Shown one piece after another: positions 24,536-37,925 of a DNA stretch of 64,000 bases (position 1 is its first letter; each line of letters opens with the position of its first letter). Under the pieces are notes generated by a model. It was not told where the DNA came from. It saw nothing but the letters and a program-made list of their open reading frames with translations, and did no database searches. The position numbers and the translations under genes are program-made. Source of the DNA: Vicugna vicugna (Eukaryota); the NCBI GenBank assembly GCA_013265495.1, contig MU058444.1, forward strand, positions 186,001 through 250,000, given 5' to 3'.

Positions 24536-24811
24536 GTAAGTTGCAAACACTTCCTCCAAATTGCAGGCACATCTTTGAGTCGCCAGTGTGGTTCCCAAAG
24601 CAATTTGTAGCCCCAGTTTCTTTTACCAGATGATGATGTTTAAGAACATCTGGTAATTAGGTCAGAGGAAAACAGTGTTTATTCTATGAACGGAGGACAG
24701 GCGGCGAGTTTGAGTTCTCATTAACCCAGTGCTGGTTCGCTGATGCCACGTGTCTGCTGTCAACGAAGACATCAAAGCTGTTCCACAGGGAGCATCTGCA
24801 GGGGCTTCTTT

Positions 24812-24996
24812 TTAAAAAATTTTTATTGAAGTTTGGTCAGTTTACAGTGTTGTGTTAATTTCTGATGCACAGCATAGTGATTCCATTTTACATATATTTA
24901 TTTATTACTTTTCATATTCTTTTTCATTATAGGCTATTGCAAGCTATTGAATATACTTCCCTGTGCTGTACAGTAGGACCTTGTTGTTTATTATAA
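24812..24996 (-). mobile_element. Short L1 3' fragment with perfect 12-bp TSD
   Basis: TSD AGGGGCTTCTTT at 24800-24811 and 24997-25008; antisense L1 3'UTR motifs lie between. Confidence 0.9.
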
Positions 24997-25668
24997 AGGG
25001 GCTTCTTTATATCAGCAGCTCCCCCCAGGCAAATGCTGCTGGACCTCCACGCCCGGATCCGGGCTGGGTAGCGTGTAAGGTTGAACTGGGTTCTTTTCAC
25101 CTCAGACCCACTTGGGAGAAACTAGAGGTTTTCCCCCCAAAATGTGTACAGTTAGGTGCCCAGGAAGATGCAAGTATTCACCGAGGAAAACATTAGCTCG
25201 TGCATTTTGAACGAGTAGTGACAGCAAGGCTTAAGAGAGGACGCTCTGTGCTCAGTGCTGGGTCACAGCGGACCTCAGCGCCCCAGGGAGCTGCAGGCAG
25301 AACGGGCTGTCCTGGGAATCATTGTCCACGGCCCACTTTCTTTTTGCAGAGTTCAGGCTTTGACTGAAATGCTAAATTGTGAGAGAAAAAAAAAATCTCC
25401 TTGGGAACCTGGAGGGCTGCACTTCATCCCAGGCCCAGGGAGATTAAGATGTTGTGACAGGTACGAAGTCCCTTTCTGGTGAAGCTCCACAGTCCTGAAA
25501 GGTGTCACAGGAGATTAATCCATGGGAAGAAAGGAGGACTTCACCTTGAACCTTAAAGTTGAAGGATACGGTCGAACATTGACGTTAGTCACTCCAGGGT
25601 GTCAGGGACGCCACAGACATCTCCCTGCCGTCCGAATTCCACAGTCCATTCTTGATGACACACTAAAG

Positions 25669-25696
<28 letters not shown>
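25669..25696. repeat. (CA)n microsatellite
   Basis: Directly visible. Confidence 0.9.
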
Positions 25697-25699
<3 letters not shown>

Positions 25700-25804
25700 C
25701 CTTTAGCGCTTCTAGCAGAGTGTGTTTCCTTGCTGATGGTGCTATATGTGGGAGGCAGGTTAAGGAGAGGAAGTCTTGTGTAAGCGGAGACATGGGCTGT
25801 ATTT

Positions 25805-26759
25805 AAGAATTTGAATCCTTGCACAGCAAAGGAAACCATAAACATAGTGAAAAGACAACCTACAAACAGAGAAAATATTTGCAAATGATGAGACCGACAA
25901 GTGCTTAATTTCCAAAATATACAAACAGCTCAAAATATCAAATCAAACAAAACCCAAAACCAAAAACCAAAAATACAGCTCAATATCAAAAAACAGAAAC
26001 CACCCAATTGAAGAAAAAAAAAAAAAGGCAGAAGACCTAAATAGGCATTTCTCCAAAGAAGACATCCAGATGGCCAGCAAGCACGTGAAAAGATGCTCAG
26101 CATCACTAATTATTAGAGAAATGCAAGTGAAAACTACAATGAAGTATCACCTCACACCAGTCAGAATGGCCATCATTAAAAATCCACAAATAATAAATGC
26201 TGGCAAGGGTGTGGAGAAAAGGGAACCCTCCTACACTGTTGGTAGGAATGTAAATTGGTGCAGCCACTGTGGAGAACAGTGTAGAGATTCCTTAAGAAAC
26301 TAAAAATAGACTTACCATGTGATCCATCAATTCCACTCCTGGGCATTTATCTGGAAAAGACAAAAACTCTTAATTTGAAAAGATACATGCACCCCAATGT
26401 TCATAGCAGCACTATTTACAACAGCCAAGACATGGAAGCAACCTAAGTGTCCATCGACAGATCACTGGATAAAGAAGTTGTGGTATATTTATACAATGGA
26501 ATACTACTCAGCTGTAAAAAAGAATAAAATAATGCCATTTGCAGTAATGTGGATGGATCTAGAGATGATCATACTAAGTAAGCCAGACAGAAAAACAAAT
26601 ATCATATGATATCACTTCTATGTGGAATCTAAAAAAAAATGATACAAATTCTGCTGACAAACCAAAAACAGACTCATAGACATAGGAAACAAACTATGGT
26701 TACCAAAGGGGAAAAGGCAGGGAGGGATAAATTAGGAGTTTGGGATTAACAGATATACC
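25805..26759 (+). mobile_element. L1 ORF2 C-terminal region + partial 3'UTR (no polyA)
   Basis: Translates to [37 protein letters not shown] and MFIAALFTTAKTWKQPKCPSTDHWIKKLWYIYTMEYYSA. Confidence 0.95.
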
Positions 26760-27200
26760 AGTCTTTTCATCGAGCATTTTTGTATAATCTGACTTTTCTC
26801 TCTTTTGCTCAGTAAGACCTTGTCTTCAGAATTCTGCTGTTCACTACCATGTGTTTATGAACGGATTTTCTTGTGTTTATCCTGATCAGGACTTCTTGAA
26901 CTTTCTGGATCTGATGACTTTCGTGTTTCATGAATTTTGGAAAATTCGTAGTCATTGTATCTTCCAATATTTCTTCATATTTGTTATAGTTTTCTTTCTG
27001 TAACTTCTGTTACATAACTTTTTATCTAGTCCTCAATGTCTTTTTCTCTTTTTTCGTATTTTTCATCTCTTCATTTCTCTGTGATTCCTCCTCAGACCTG
27101 TCTTCTGGTTTGCACATGCTCGCATAGCTCTTTCTAAACTGTCTATTGAATTTCAGTGAGCGTACTTTTCATTTCTCAGTGTTGTGTTTCTTTGTTGTCT
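26760..27200 (-). mobile_element. Ancient L1 (L1ME/L1M-like ORF1 region), antisense
   Basis: T-rich, with TTCACTACCATGTGTTT...TTTTGGAAAATTCGTAGTCATTGTATCTTCCAATATTTCTTC motifs. Confidence 0.6.
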
Positions 27201-27639
27201 TCTTTGCAGATTTTTTTCCTGTTTCTGTGTCTTTAATTCTTAGGTGTCTGTCAGGAACATTTCCCACACTTTCTCGTAAACTCAGCTATGCATTTCTTGT
27301 AAACTCAGCTATGCATTATAATTTATCCAGCATTTCTAAGTGTTTTATAATCAGAGACTATAATTTTCTCTATTGTTAGACATGGACATCCCTATATATG
27401 CTAAGAAATAGATCACAAGGAAAGTTTAATTAGGTGAAGTCATTTTATTCTGTGAAAGGGTGGCCTATTTGCTGGCTAATGTGCTAAAAGGAATTAGCCA
27501 TGGTTGACATACTGCTACCTCGAAAGTTGAGAGTAGGGGACTTGAGTGAATAGAGGACAAAATGAATGCTTTTTGAGGGAAGAAATAATCAAGCAGGAAA
27601 AATTGTACAGCTGATGGGGAACTTGGAATATGATATACT

Positions 27640-27732
27640 TATTCATTCATCCATCCATCCATCCATCCAACCATCCAACTATCCATCCATCCACCCATCC
27701 ATCCATTCATCCATCCGTTTACCCATCCATCA
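27640..27732. repeat. (CATC)n tetranucleotide repeat
   Basis: Directly visible. Confidence 0.9.
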
Positions 27733-29964
27733 GTCATTTGATACATGTTTACTGAAATGACCCAGAAACAGCTGGTTATGCAGTTCCTCCTCTTACAAAG
27801 CTTATCTTCTGATGGGCAGCCACACACAGTGAACAGCAAGCAAGTGATTAGGTAACATAGTTGCAGATGGTGCTGAAGGCTGCAGGGAGGCAGAGAGCGA
27901 AGTTTGGGAGGCATTTGCGTTGGAGAAGAAGTAACAATGTGCAGCAGGCGGGGAAGAACTCCCAGGCAGGAAGACTGTCTGGGGTCCAGTGGGCCGAGGG
28001 AACCAGGGCCCAGCTTCGCCAGAGTTGGCCCCACCTGGGGCTCTGATCAGACCTTTTCTAGTCTCCAATCCCCAGCCTCTCGCATGCCGCTAATCCTCAT
28101 GACAGCTGCCCTGCTCAGCCCCGTCTGGGGACAAGCTGTCATCTCCCACATCAAATAATTCTAAGCGCCCACATGCGCCACATGGATACCCAGAACACCT
28201 GCTTCTCGGGCGTTTGGGGCCTCTTGCCCCAAATCCTCAGAGCCTCTGCAGTGAATGACTCTGGAGTTCTTGCACCTGTTGTTTATATATGATTCTCTGT
28301 GTGCTCATTTGAACAACCACTAATTATGTTCTGGTATAATAAATACAAATTTGCTATTATGCTTTTAGGAACAAAGAAAGTGCTTGATATGTTAATAGAA
28401 AAATCTCTAGCCTTAATTGTAAAATTCCCATCTGCTTTTGTTATGTATAGATCTATACAGCGGTTTCAAGTTAACAACAAAAATAGATACACAGAACACG
28501 TGTATGTGTATTGATATGATAATCTTGAAAGAAAAAAACTGGAATTTTACCAAGTCTTCTTTCTCTTATAATATTATTCGTACTAATAACTGTACAATAT
28601 GATAATACTAATTATTGATGATATGAAGATTTAAAATATTGTTGACTTGATGTCACCTTATTTCCATAATAATCATATAAGTGGATTATTTCCCTTTTAC
28701 AGTGATTTGAAAACAGACTCCAAGAAGGGGACGAATTGGTCCATGATGGCGCAACAGAAAATATTACTGAGAGTAGAGGAAGGGGGAGAGACTCGGTCCC
28801 TCTCTGTGCTAAGTGAAAGCATTGACATTTACACCTTAATTTGCATTAATTCCACATTTTAAATAGCGATGAATCGCCTGTCGCTGCTAGGAAGGCTGCT
28901 GTGCGTGAGTTTTCTTTAAATATAAACAGTCATTGACTACGATTCATTATTTAATCCAATCTCAAAATTTCAATTTCAGGTTTTATATCGAGACATGTAT
29001 GATTTTATTTCCTTCACCTTGTCTTCTGCAGGCCTTGCTGTAGGAAGTCAGGGTGTTCTATGAATTCTAGAATGAGATCCATTTCTGAGACATTCATCAC
29101 ACTCGATGGGGTTATTTTCACTGATCCTTGTAGAACAACTTAAAACAGACCTGGAGATGAGTATTGGAGACATCCAGCTGAGACACGACAGGCCCGCTGG
29201 GAGGAGCGCTCCCGCCCAGTCATTTTCCCAGGGCCCTGTCTTCATTTAATCCGAGCACCAGCCCACGGGTGGAGTATCAGGGTTTGTAACGTCAGCGTGC
29301 GTCGAGGGGCTTTTCTCAGTGACAGCGGTGCCCCAGCGTCTCCGTCCCGCCCACACCGTCAGGCTCTCTCCGTCCCGCACATAGCGACAAGTTAGGACAC
29401 AGGCCGGGACCGGAAGGGCTTCCTGAAGCAGCAGCATTGCCTTTCGGGTTTTGTTTCACGTGTTCTACTTAAATGTCTGTACTGGATGCAAGGTTTTCCA
29501 TCCCCTGATGCCTATAAAACACGTCATCAGGAAAATGAATTGTTGTGGAATCTCACACCTCTGATTTCTAACCATCCCTTGAATGGCTACGTTCTGGGAG
29601 GAGAAGAAAACTTCAAACGAAAAATGGCTCCTGGAAGCAAAGTAGCGGTCAGAGTGTTAGGTCTCCCCATCATCCTTCCCTTATTCAGTAAGTTCGGGTG
29701 TCCTGGAGAGGGGGTCGAAGTCCAGGGAACATTGCCACGTCGCCACCTAATTGGACAACGTTTTAGAAACAGACAATACTCGACACAAAGAATCGGGGAG
29801 AGCGGTGGGAGGGGTGTAACTACAAGGCTGGGTGGGCTGGTGAACGTTTTCCTTCCTGCCCCCTCCCACCCTCCTCTATCAAGCTTCTCCCTTAGGGCAG
29901 GATCTTGAATCTTGATTGAAGAGAAAATATTATAAAAATAAGGAATTCTCTAAGTTAATGATAG

Positions 29965-30165
29965 TTAATGTTTACTCTGACAAGTTGCTTTCCATGTAAC
30001 ATGTCATCTCATCCTCACATCGACCCGCAGGCTTGGCACCTCTGTGAGCCCCTTTTTACCGAAGAGGAAATGGAGGTGCCAAGGTGTTATGTCCCTGGGC
30101 CAAGGTCACACAGGCAGGAAGGGAGGGCGGGACTGGAGCCCAGCCCATCTCACCCCGAAGCCTGA
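29965..30165 (-). mobile_element. MIR remnant
   Basis: ATCTCATCCTCAC...CCCTTTTTACCGAAGAGGAAATGGAGG...CCAAGGTCACAC. Confidence 0.65.
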
Positions 30166-33100
30166 GAGCTCAGTCTCCAGTGAATGGAGCGGAGTTTGTC
30201 CATTACATGCAGGCGTCTGTCTGGGCGTGACTTCAGGAAACGTGTGTAGTAAGGAAGGAAGTCAAGGGTCTGGGAGGAGGAGGAGGCACGATGCCAACTC
30301 CAAAATCCTTTGCCAAGTCCTTTGCCAAGTCCTCACCACCCTTTATCTTGTGAATCAACTTCCTTTTCTCACCTCGCCACCTGCCTTTTTCCTGCCTGAG
30401 CCCCAGACTCTGTGGCACGTCCAGCAAGGCCCCCCCTGCTTTCTCAGCTCCGTGCCCAGAACGAGCCCCTCCGGCCCTGCGCGCACTGGTTTTTCTCTCT
30501 GTGGAGTCACGGCGTTGGCGTCCCTCCTCTCGCAGTAACCACTGTGTGCCAGGAATTATTCTGTGGGCTTCTCCTCTATCTCCAGTGCCAGCCAGGTAGC
30601 CAGCAGAGTGCTCCTGGGAGAGGGAATGGAAAATTAAAAGGCCCCATTAAGGATGTGTTCATTGCAAACCAAACCGCAGGAGACCAGTAGCATCTGGGGT
30701 CACAGAGCGAAGATGAGCTTTGTGTGCGCAGGGCCAGCCGGCTTCCCTGCTCTCCGGGCTCCCTGACAGCTCACCCTCAGGCCCGCGTCTGGAGCAGTTC
30801 TTGGGAGCCTTATCCCTGTAGCTTTGCAACATCACGTGTGAGCAAAACTGTTCCCAGCTGTCGCTGAGAGTGGAGGCAGGTGGTTCCCTCCCAGGCGGGC
30901 AGAGAAGAAGATGGGAAAAGTGACTGGGACTCAAGAGGTAGAATGTAATTGAAAAAGGAGGAGAAGAAAGGGGGGACGTTCTCTACAAATGCATAGGATA
31001 AGTATGCGCTGACAAGGACAGTCCTCATGAGGGTCTGTTTGAAATAAAGAATCAAAGAGGCGAATGTCAGGAAGATGTAATGACTCAGATTTGGTGCGGA
31101 CCTAATGCCATAGCCTCACAGTGTAGAAGACAACATTTTCAGAGTTAAAGGGGGGAAAAAAAAGACAAATCCACAATCCTAAGGGGAGATATTAACTCCG
31201 TCACTAAAGGATGAGCAGACAAAAAATACGTTCCAGCGGAGCATCTGAACTTCTTACATGGCGGCTGCCGGATCCCCAGGGTCCGGAGTGGAAGCTCCCT
31301 GGCTTTGTCGAGGCCTGTGCACAGGTGGGCGTGATGTTCTAGCGTATTCCAATAGCTACAGCACGACACCAGGTTTAGTGCGGGAGGGGACTGTCCGCAT
31401 CAGGGCGCGGGTCCCTTAGTGACCAGCTGTCTGAGAGACCGGTCTTTCAGGAATCACATCCCTCACAGGTAACCTGCACTCACACCGGCCTCTCTCCCGA
31501 CTCCCCGTTGTGGCATCTCGTCATCTAAAGCATGTTCATATTCAGGCGGGGCCCTTGAGATGTTTTCCCTCAGGTGCAGCTCCTGGGGTGTGGCTCCCAG
31601 GCTGCAGATCCTGAATCGTGTGGGTTGTGAATTAAAAAGATAAATTATTCCCTCCTTCCCTCCCCCCCAGCCCCCAACCCCCGATACACACACACACCAA
31701 CACCCACACACACACACTCACAGGCTAGGGGTAGGGTAACCAAAACTGACACTTGCATTCAAAAGGGGGCAGTGACTGGAAGGTACAGAAGACTCAATGA
31801 GCCAAATCAATTCCAGAATCCACTGGGCACCTGTCCCCAGCCCTGCTTCCTGGAGTAGCTCTCCGTGGTTCGCCGCTCCACCCTCTGCGGAGCCTCTGAG
31901 ACATCCTGTCTTTTTCATTAAAATGCCCCATATTTGCAGCTGAGAAACCTTACTGGGCTTCCTCCCCATCGAAATCTGGGGACCTGGAGGCTCTTTGCAT
32001 TTGGAGATGCCTCTGCTGAGCTCATGCAGGTCTTAAAAAGAAATCCTGTGGGTTTCTGATGTATCATAGACTCCCTTAGGTTTCATTTATATAAAGTACT
32101 AGTTGAGAGGAAGGATGGGAAGTTCCTATTTCTTGGCAGGTGCCCGCCATTCTCCTCTGTGTCCCTATCTCAGGATGGCTCAGTCTCACCTTTGTCCTCT
32201 GTCCTATTAGCACCCGAAAAGTCACAGGATGATCAGAACTGGGTGTTCGGTACAGAATTCTTAGTGAAAACTGCGCCACTGAAGTGTATGAATTGTGGTG
32301 ACCAAATGATTGTCCAAAACCCAAAAACCCTGGGGAAGAGGCATGTACCGGGAGGTCCCTGCCGGGGCAGTAATTTGCTGCCAGAAGCATTTCCTGGTTT
32401 TCATCAAGTCAGAACCGGCCGTTCTTAGGCTTTTCCTCATCAAAACCAGTTCGACCTGTTACAATGCTTTACCTCCCAGAGCCTGATTGTTAAGGAAATG
32501 TTTTCCCCACAAACTGAGAAGATCTACCTTGTTCAGGTCTCACGGACGGATGGGAACCCAACAAGGTGACAGACTTCGAGCTCACGGTTAATCAGAGAAG
32601 TGTTCATCGAGGGACTGCTGTTTCACAGGTGTCCATCATACTGGCAAAGATTTTCTAGTCTGATAATGCAACCGTGGGGAAAGGGGAACTCTCATGCACT
32701 GCGGGTTGGACATGGGTTTGACTGTCCTGGAGCGTCACCACCTTAAAGAGCTAAAGATGCACGGACTTGCCACCCAGAAATGGCTCTTCTGGGCAGACAC
32801 TGTGGAGATTCTCAAATGCTATGATGAAAACCCAGTGTTCTCCTTTTGAATTTCCAACTGATTGAGGGTCAATATTTCTGTAAAATACAAGAAAAAGCAA
32901 TTCATAAGGCAAACTGGAATACTCCACAGACTTAGCAGGGGTGATAGAAAAGGCATGACCCCTTCTGAACACAAAATTTGTATCCCAGCCCCAGGTGGTC
33001 CTGTACCCACAGGAGGCAGAGAAAGAGCGCTGGCTGTGACGTCAGGCAGGTCTCGGTGTGAGTTCCAGCCTTGTTCTGCACTGTGAGCTGTGTGACCTCG

Positions 33101-33444
33101 GGCCCGCGGTCACCTGCCTTTAATGCACATCACATGTAGTGTCCCTGACCCATGAGGCACGCAGTGAGCATCTAATCAATGTGATTTTCTTTCATGCTCC
33201 TTAAGCCGGAGCACAGAGCTTAGCACGACTCTGTGCCTGCCTGGAGGTGGTGGGAGAGACGCGAAATGAATAATTGCATTTACAGAGACAGGGGCCAGCC
33301 TAGGGGGACTGGAAGTCCTCTGAAAAAGCAGCAAGTAACTCTTCTGCTTCACTGTGCTGCAATTTAACTATCTGGGTTTCAATTTATTCCCTTATAAAAT
33401 GGGTCTCTCCTTACTGTTCGCCAGATTCAGAAGTGAGAGCTTAA

Positions 33445-33590
33445 CGGGGAACTATATTCAATACCTTGTAATAACCTACAATGGAAAAGAATCTGAAAAA
33501 GAATATATACATATATAACTGAATCACTATGCTGTACACTAGAAACTAACACAACATTGTACATCAACTATCTTTCAATTAAAAAAAAAA
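33445..33590 (+). mobile_element. Short L1 3' end with TSD
   Basis: GGGAACTATATTCAATACC...TCAATT followed by polyA; TSD AAGTGAGAGC(T/A)TAA at 33431 and 33589. Confidence 0.9.
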
Positions 33591-33639
33591 GTGAGAGCAT
33601 AAAAAATGAAAGGCTTGGAATGTCGTTGAGCATAAAACC

Positions 33640-34618
33640 AGTAGGAGGCAATGTTCACGCCTCCCCGCCCCCACCCCAGTCCCCCACATCCGTGTGCTGG
33701 GCAGGATGCGGACCTGTCAAAGATGTCCCTGTCCCTGTGTTACACAGCAGGGTGGAGTGAAGGTCGCTAGCCAGCTGTTCTTAACGTGAGGACCCATCCT
33801 TTAAAGGTGGAAGAAGGGAACAGAAGTTCAGAGTCAGGGAAAGCTTTACAGACGCTACATTGCTGGCTTTGAAGACAGAAGGCGCCACGAGCCACAGGGA
33901 TGCAGGCAGCCTCCAGTGACTGGCAAAGGCAGGGAAATAAATGCTCTCCCAGGGTCTCCAGAAGGAACGCAGCCCTGACAGCGGCTCGGCGTTAGCCCAT
34001 TAGACCATTCCAGACTTCTCTCCTCCAGAGCCTTAAAGTCATACATGTGTGTTGTTCTAAGCCATTAAGTTTGTGGCAATTCGGTTACAGTGGTGGTATT
34101 GGGCCCCAGGGCAGCCTGCCCCAAGTACACCAAAGTGGCCTATTGATTATTTTGAATTAAAGTTACTTAAGAAACAGCTAATACAAGAAGGACACTCTGA
34201 CCCTCCCACCTCTGTCTCCCTGAAAACCGGAAATAAGTCTCCCGCATGAGAGGTTCCCCCTCTGCTTCTGGAGGCAGAGAGACATCCTTATCAGCAGAGA
34301 TTGGGAATTCAGGGCCGAGAAGTCTCTATAAACACACCTTGTTGCTTCTTTAATTTGGCACCCAAGCTCAAATCCTAACGAAGCACCCAAGTGTAAGTCT
34401 CTTTTGTCCTGTCAGTTTCTCACAAATGTATTGTTTCTTTTTCTAAAGAGCACGAAACGGTCTGCCTCGGTTACTTCGTAGGTCCGTTTCCATATGAATG
34501 AATTAAATTTGTTTTTTTTCTCCTCCTGTTCATCTGTCTGGTGTCAACTGAACGATTAGGCCAGCCTAGAGAATTCAAGAAGGGTTGGGGGGAAATTGTG
34601 GAAATAGGAAACTAATAT
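33640..34618 (+). mobile_element. MLT1D-like MaLR LTR, interrupted near its 3' end
   Basis: TGCTGGCTTTGAAGACAGAAGG...CTCCAGAAGGAACGCAGCCCTG...AAGCCATTAAGTTTGTGGCAATTCGGTTACAG; the terminus ATAGGAAACTAATATA resumes at about 34603. Confidence 0.8.
34094..34598 (+). mobile_element. MER34-like ERV1 LTR nested in the MLT1D
   Basis: CCCCAAGTACACCAAAGTGGCCTATTGATTATTTTGAATTAAAG...TTAAATTTGTTTTTTTCTCCTCCTGTTCATCTGTCTGGTGTCA...CCAGCCTAGAGAA. Confidence 0.65.
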
Positions 34619-35029
34619 AATCCTTTGCAGGCGGCGGCCTGAACAATGGGTTAGCGCAGAAGGCGGCATAGAACGAGGCATAATTTTCTTCTTTTAAATG
34701 TCACTGTCATCAAACTGGAGACACTGGGTTAAGAGGCCCCTTCATGGTGAATCTGAACTTACAATCAGCAGGATGAGGTTCATTAGATTTCCTCCAGCAT
34801 TCTGTAGCTCTGGCAAGCACGAGGCTGCGCTCATCTCTATGCACTAGTGGCCCGGGCCTCTTCCAATACAGACACTGAGCATGGATCCCCCAGGACACCT
34901 CCGACTCCTTCCCCTCAGTACATTTCTTTGAGGCCAAATACTGTGCACTGATGTCCTTGATTTCTCTTGATGCTTATTTCAGATGTTTCGATCCCCCTGA
35001 AGTCATCCCCCAGGATGTAGGTCAGAGGT

Positions 35030-35406
35030 CCTGTGGTAAGTTGAATTCGGGGTCTCCGTTTGAGCATCCGCACTGATGCTCATGTCTGGGGTGTGGCCAT
35101 GTCACTTGCTTCGCCTGGAATTTTAGTGGCGGCAGCAAGAGTTGCGACTGGGACTGTTTTTGCAGAGCTGGGCTCTCTGGCTCTTTAGTGACCTGCTATG
35201 GAAAAACACCCTGATCTCCATCAGGATGGGGAGAGCCGTGTGGTGTGGACCTGAACCCCGTCTGAAGCTCAAGCCTGGAGTCAGGCTCAGCCCAGTGGGT
35301 TGGCCGCTGTCTCCCAGACCATGGAGCTGAGGGTTATTGTTTTGAGTTGCTGTGTCTTTGAGCCATTGGCTGCACAGCATCACTCTGGCAACAGCTGGCT
35401 GATACA
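35030..35406 (+). mobile_element. MLT1I/J-like MaLR LTR
   Basis: TGGCCATGTCACTTGCTT...TGGACCTGAACCCC...CAGCATCACTCTGGCAACAGCTGGCTGATACA terminus. Confidence 0.65.
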
Positions 35407-37329
35407 CCTCCTGTGGGAAAGCTTTTCTAACTACTCTTCCCCGATGGGCCTGGCCACGCCCTCCTCCTCCACGCCTGTGCTACTGTCTTACTGTTACAGA
35501 TCTGCACACTTGTCTCCCCAACTGGACTGAAGTCCTCCAGGGCGGGTACCAGGTGTTCTCTTTGTATCTGTGAACTTCAGCAGGATGCTCAGCATACAGC
35601 AGGTCTCTGACACATTTTTTTTTAAGTGAAAAGAAACAGTTAAACAAATGAACTAATGAGTGGATACAATGAACACATTATTCCCAGTCTGTGACCTTGA
35701 AGTAGGGACAGGAAAGGGGAGGAGAAAATCATAGATTTCTGGGCTGCTGCAAATGCCATCAAATTCCTAAGGGGCCAGGCTTAGCTGGTCAAGCGAATAA
35801 ATCATATTTTTCAATGAAATTGTTCAATAGCATAAAGGCTATTGTGATTAATGAAGCAAACGTGTATTTCCCGGTACAAACACGTGTGCAGTGGCCTGTT
35901 ATCATTTAGGCATTTCCTCCCTCAAATGATGTATTCCAAAAGAACAACTCATCTCATATGAGGAATGAAAAGTTTTGACATTGAAAAGAGACCCTCATAT
36001 TCCAAAATATTGTTGGAGACTCTTCCTTTTAAAGACGCCCTAGAGAATTCAGCACTTGCTTATTGACTCGTAGTCCGCGGAGCAGGGACCCGGTGTGTCT
36101 GTCTGGCTTATCCGCCCCTGCATCTCCAGGTCACCACACATTTACATCACGAGGGCAGGGCTGCCGTCAGACTTGAAGACACCTCGAAGAAAATTATAAG
36201 CTTTCATTCTCTCTCCACCCTTCCTGTCACAAAAGCTGTCACATCTTCGCATATTCCAGCTCCATCTTGGGTTGTAATTATAGTTGTTGCCTTAAGAATT
36301 CTTTCAAAAGAGAGTCTTATTTAATAGGGAGAAACTCACGTACCCAGAAGAAAAGACAGCCAGTACAGGAGTCCTGATTGAACGCGGAGAGCTTCAGGAC
36401 GTGGCAAGTACACACCGAAAGTGGCAGGGAGTTCACTTAAACCCTGTGCCTTCCTGTCCAGAATATTTACAGCAGCTGAGAGGTTTCTGTGCCATTGTTG
36501 AAGCCTTTTCTTTTTCTTTACATGGGTTCATTTTCTTTCATTCTAATTTATTGAAAGGATGACATCTCTAACCTACGGCTGGAACACGCAATAGAAATAT
36601 TTAAGGGTTTAAAGGCATATTTGGGGGACTAGGGGGTGGAGGTTGGGAAGAAAAGCAGACCAGTGGTGACATCGTTTAGAATCTTTACTCACACGTGACT
36701 TTCAAGGTCTTAAGCTGTGATGCAGCCCTAGCTCTCTGGGGCCGATAGGACCAATGGAAGACACTGGAAGGAACATTAGATAAACATTTGTTGATGAACA
36801 CGTGAATGAGTAAATGAATAAATGAATGTATGTCTCAGCCTAAGCCTTCACCCTCCCGCCCCCCTGATCAGACTCCCTAGAGCGGCGCCCTGTAATCCTG
36901 CAGCAGTGGCACAGCTTGCGACTTCCCAAACATCGCCCTTCCTCTTGCTGTCACTCCTGGCTCCTTTCCCCACCCCGTGCAGCTCACCGTCCCCTGGCAA
37001 GTCCCTACCCAGCCTTCAACTCACAGCTCAGGCTCCACTCTCTGGCAGTACTTTATGCAACACAAAACCCACTGTGTGCAGTTTCCCCAACTCAAGTGCA
37101 GGGACCCTGTTTTATAGTCATTTTAACTAAGCACCTCTCTCGGTGCCAGGCACATCACAGGTATTCAGTCAGCGATCACGGAACAGCCTGTGTGCTCTTT
37201 GACTCCTCCAGTGCCTCCCAGGCCAGATTATATGTTACTTCAGTGCAGGATGGCCTCCCCTACGTGTCTTCCATTCCTGGAGCACACCAGCCCCTCCCTC
37301 TGCCCCAGGACTGAAGTAGTGGAGCGAGG

Positions 37330-37925
37330 AGTCAGACACGGTTCTGGGGGCTGGGTTACGTGGAGGGAGGCAAAGCCACTGGAAAGCTTTCAGCTGAGGA
37401 TGACACCATCAGACGGCCTGTGGGAGAGAATCATTATAGGTGAGCAAGAACAACATTGTGAAGTTGACAAGGTCATTGTGACTGTCCAGGAAAAAAAATG
37501 ATTGCAGGTTATTACAGATTGTAACTAGGATCAGGGCGGTAGGGGTGGAGAGCTGGGGATATATATTCTGTATTTCAGAGACAGCACGTGGAGGATTTGG
37601 TGGATGGCTAATAACAGTGCAGAGGATGAAGGAAGTCTAGGATGACTGCAAGGTCGTTAGCTTGGGCAGACTGTGTGTCCTTCAGTGCAGTGGGGGTTGT
37701 AGGGGGGAGGCCCACCAGCAGACGGGGGAAGGGCCCCGAGTTCTATGTTGCTGTTGTTGTAAATGAGGAACCTGCGGGTCCTCTGGAAGGTAAGTACCAC
37801 TAGCAGACAGTTGTGCAGCTCAGCGGGGCAATCTGGATGGAAGATGCAGATTTCAGAGTCACAGGCAAGCTAGCGGAAGCTGTAGAGTAGGTGATAACTG
37901 ACTTTGCCTGAGAATATTGTGTAGA
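37330..37925 (-). mobile_element. L2 remnant
   Basis: GGAGGCAAAGCCACTGGAAAGCTTTCAGC...GGATGAAGGAAGTCTAGGATGACT...AGATGCAGATTTCAGAGTC. Confidence 0.6.

Noticed and set aside
30305..30332. 12-bp tandem duplication TCCTTTGCCAAG x2
   Set aside because: Ordinary slippage duplication
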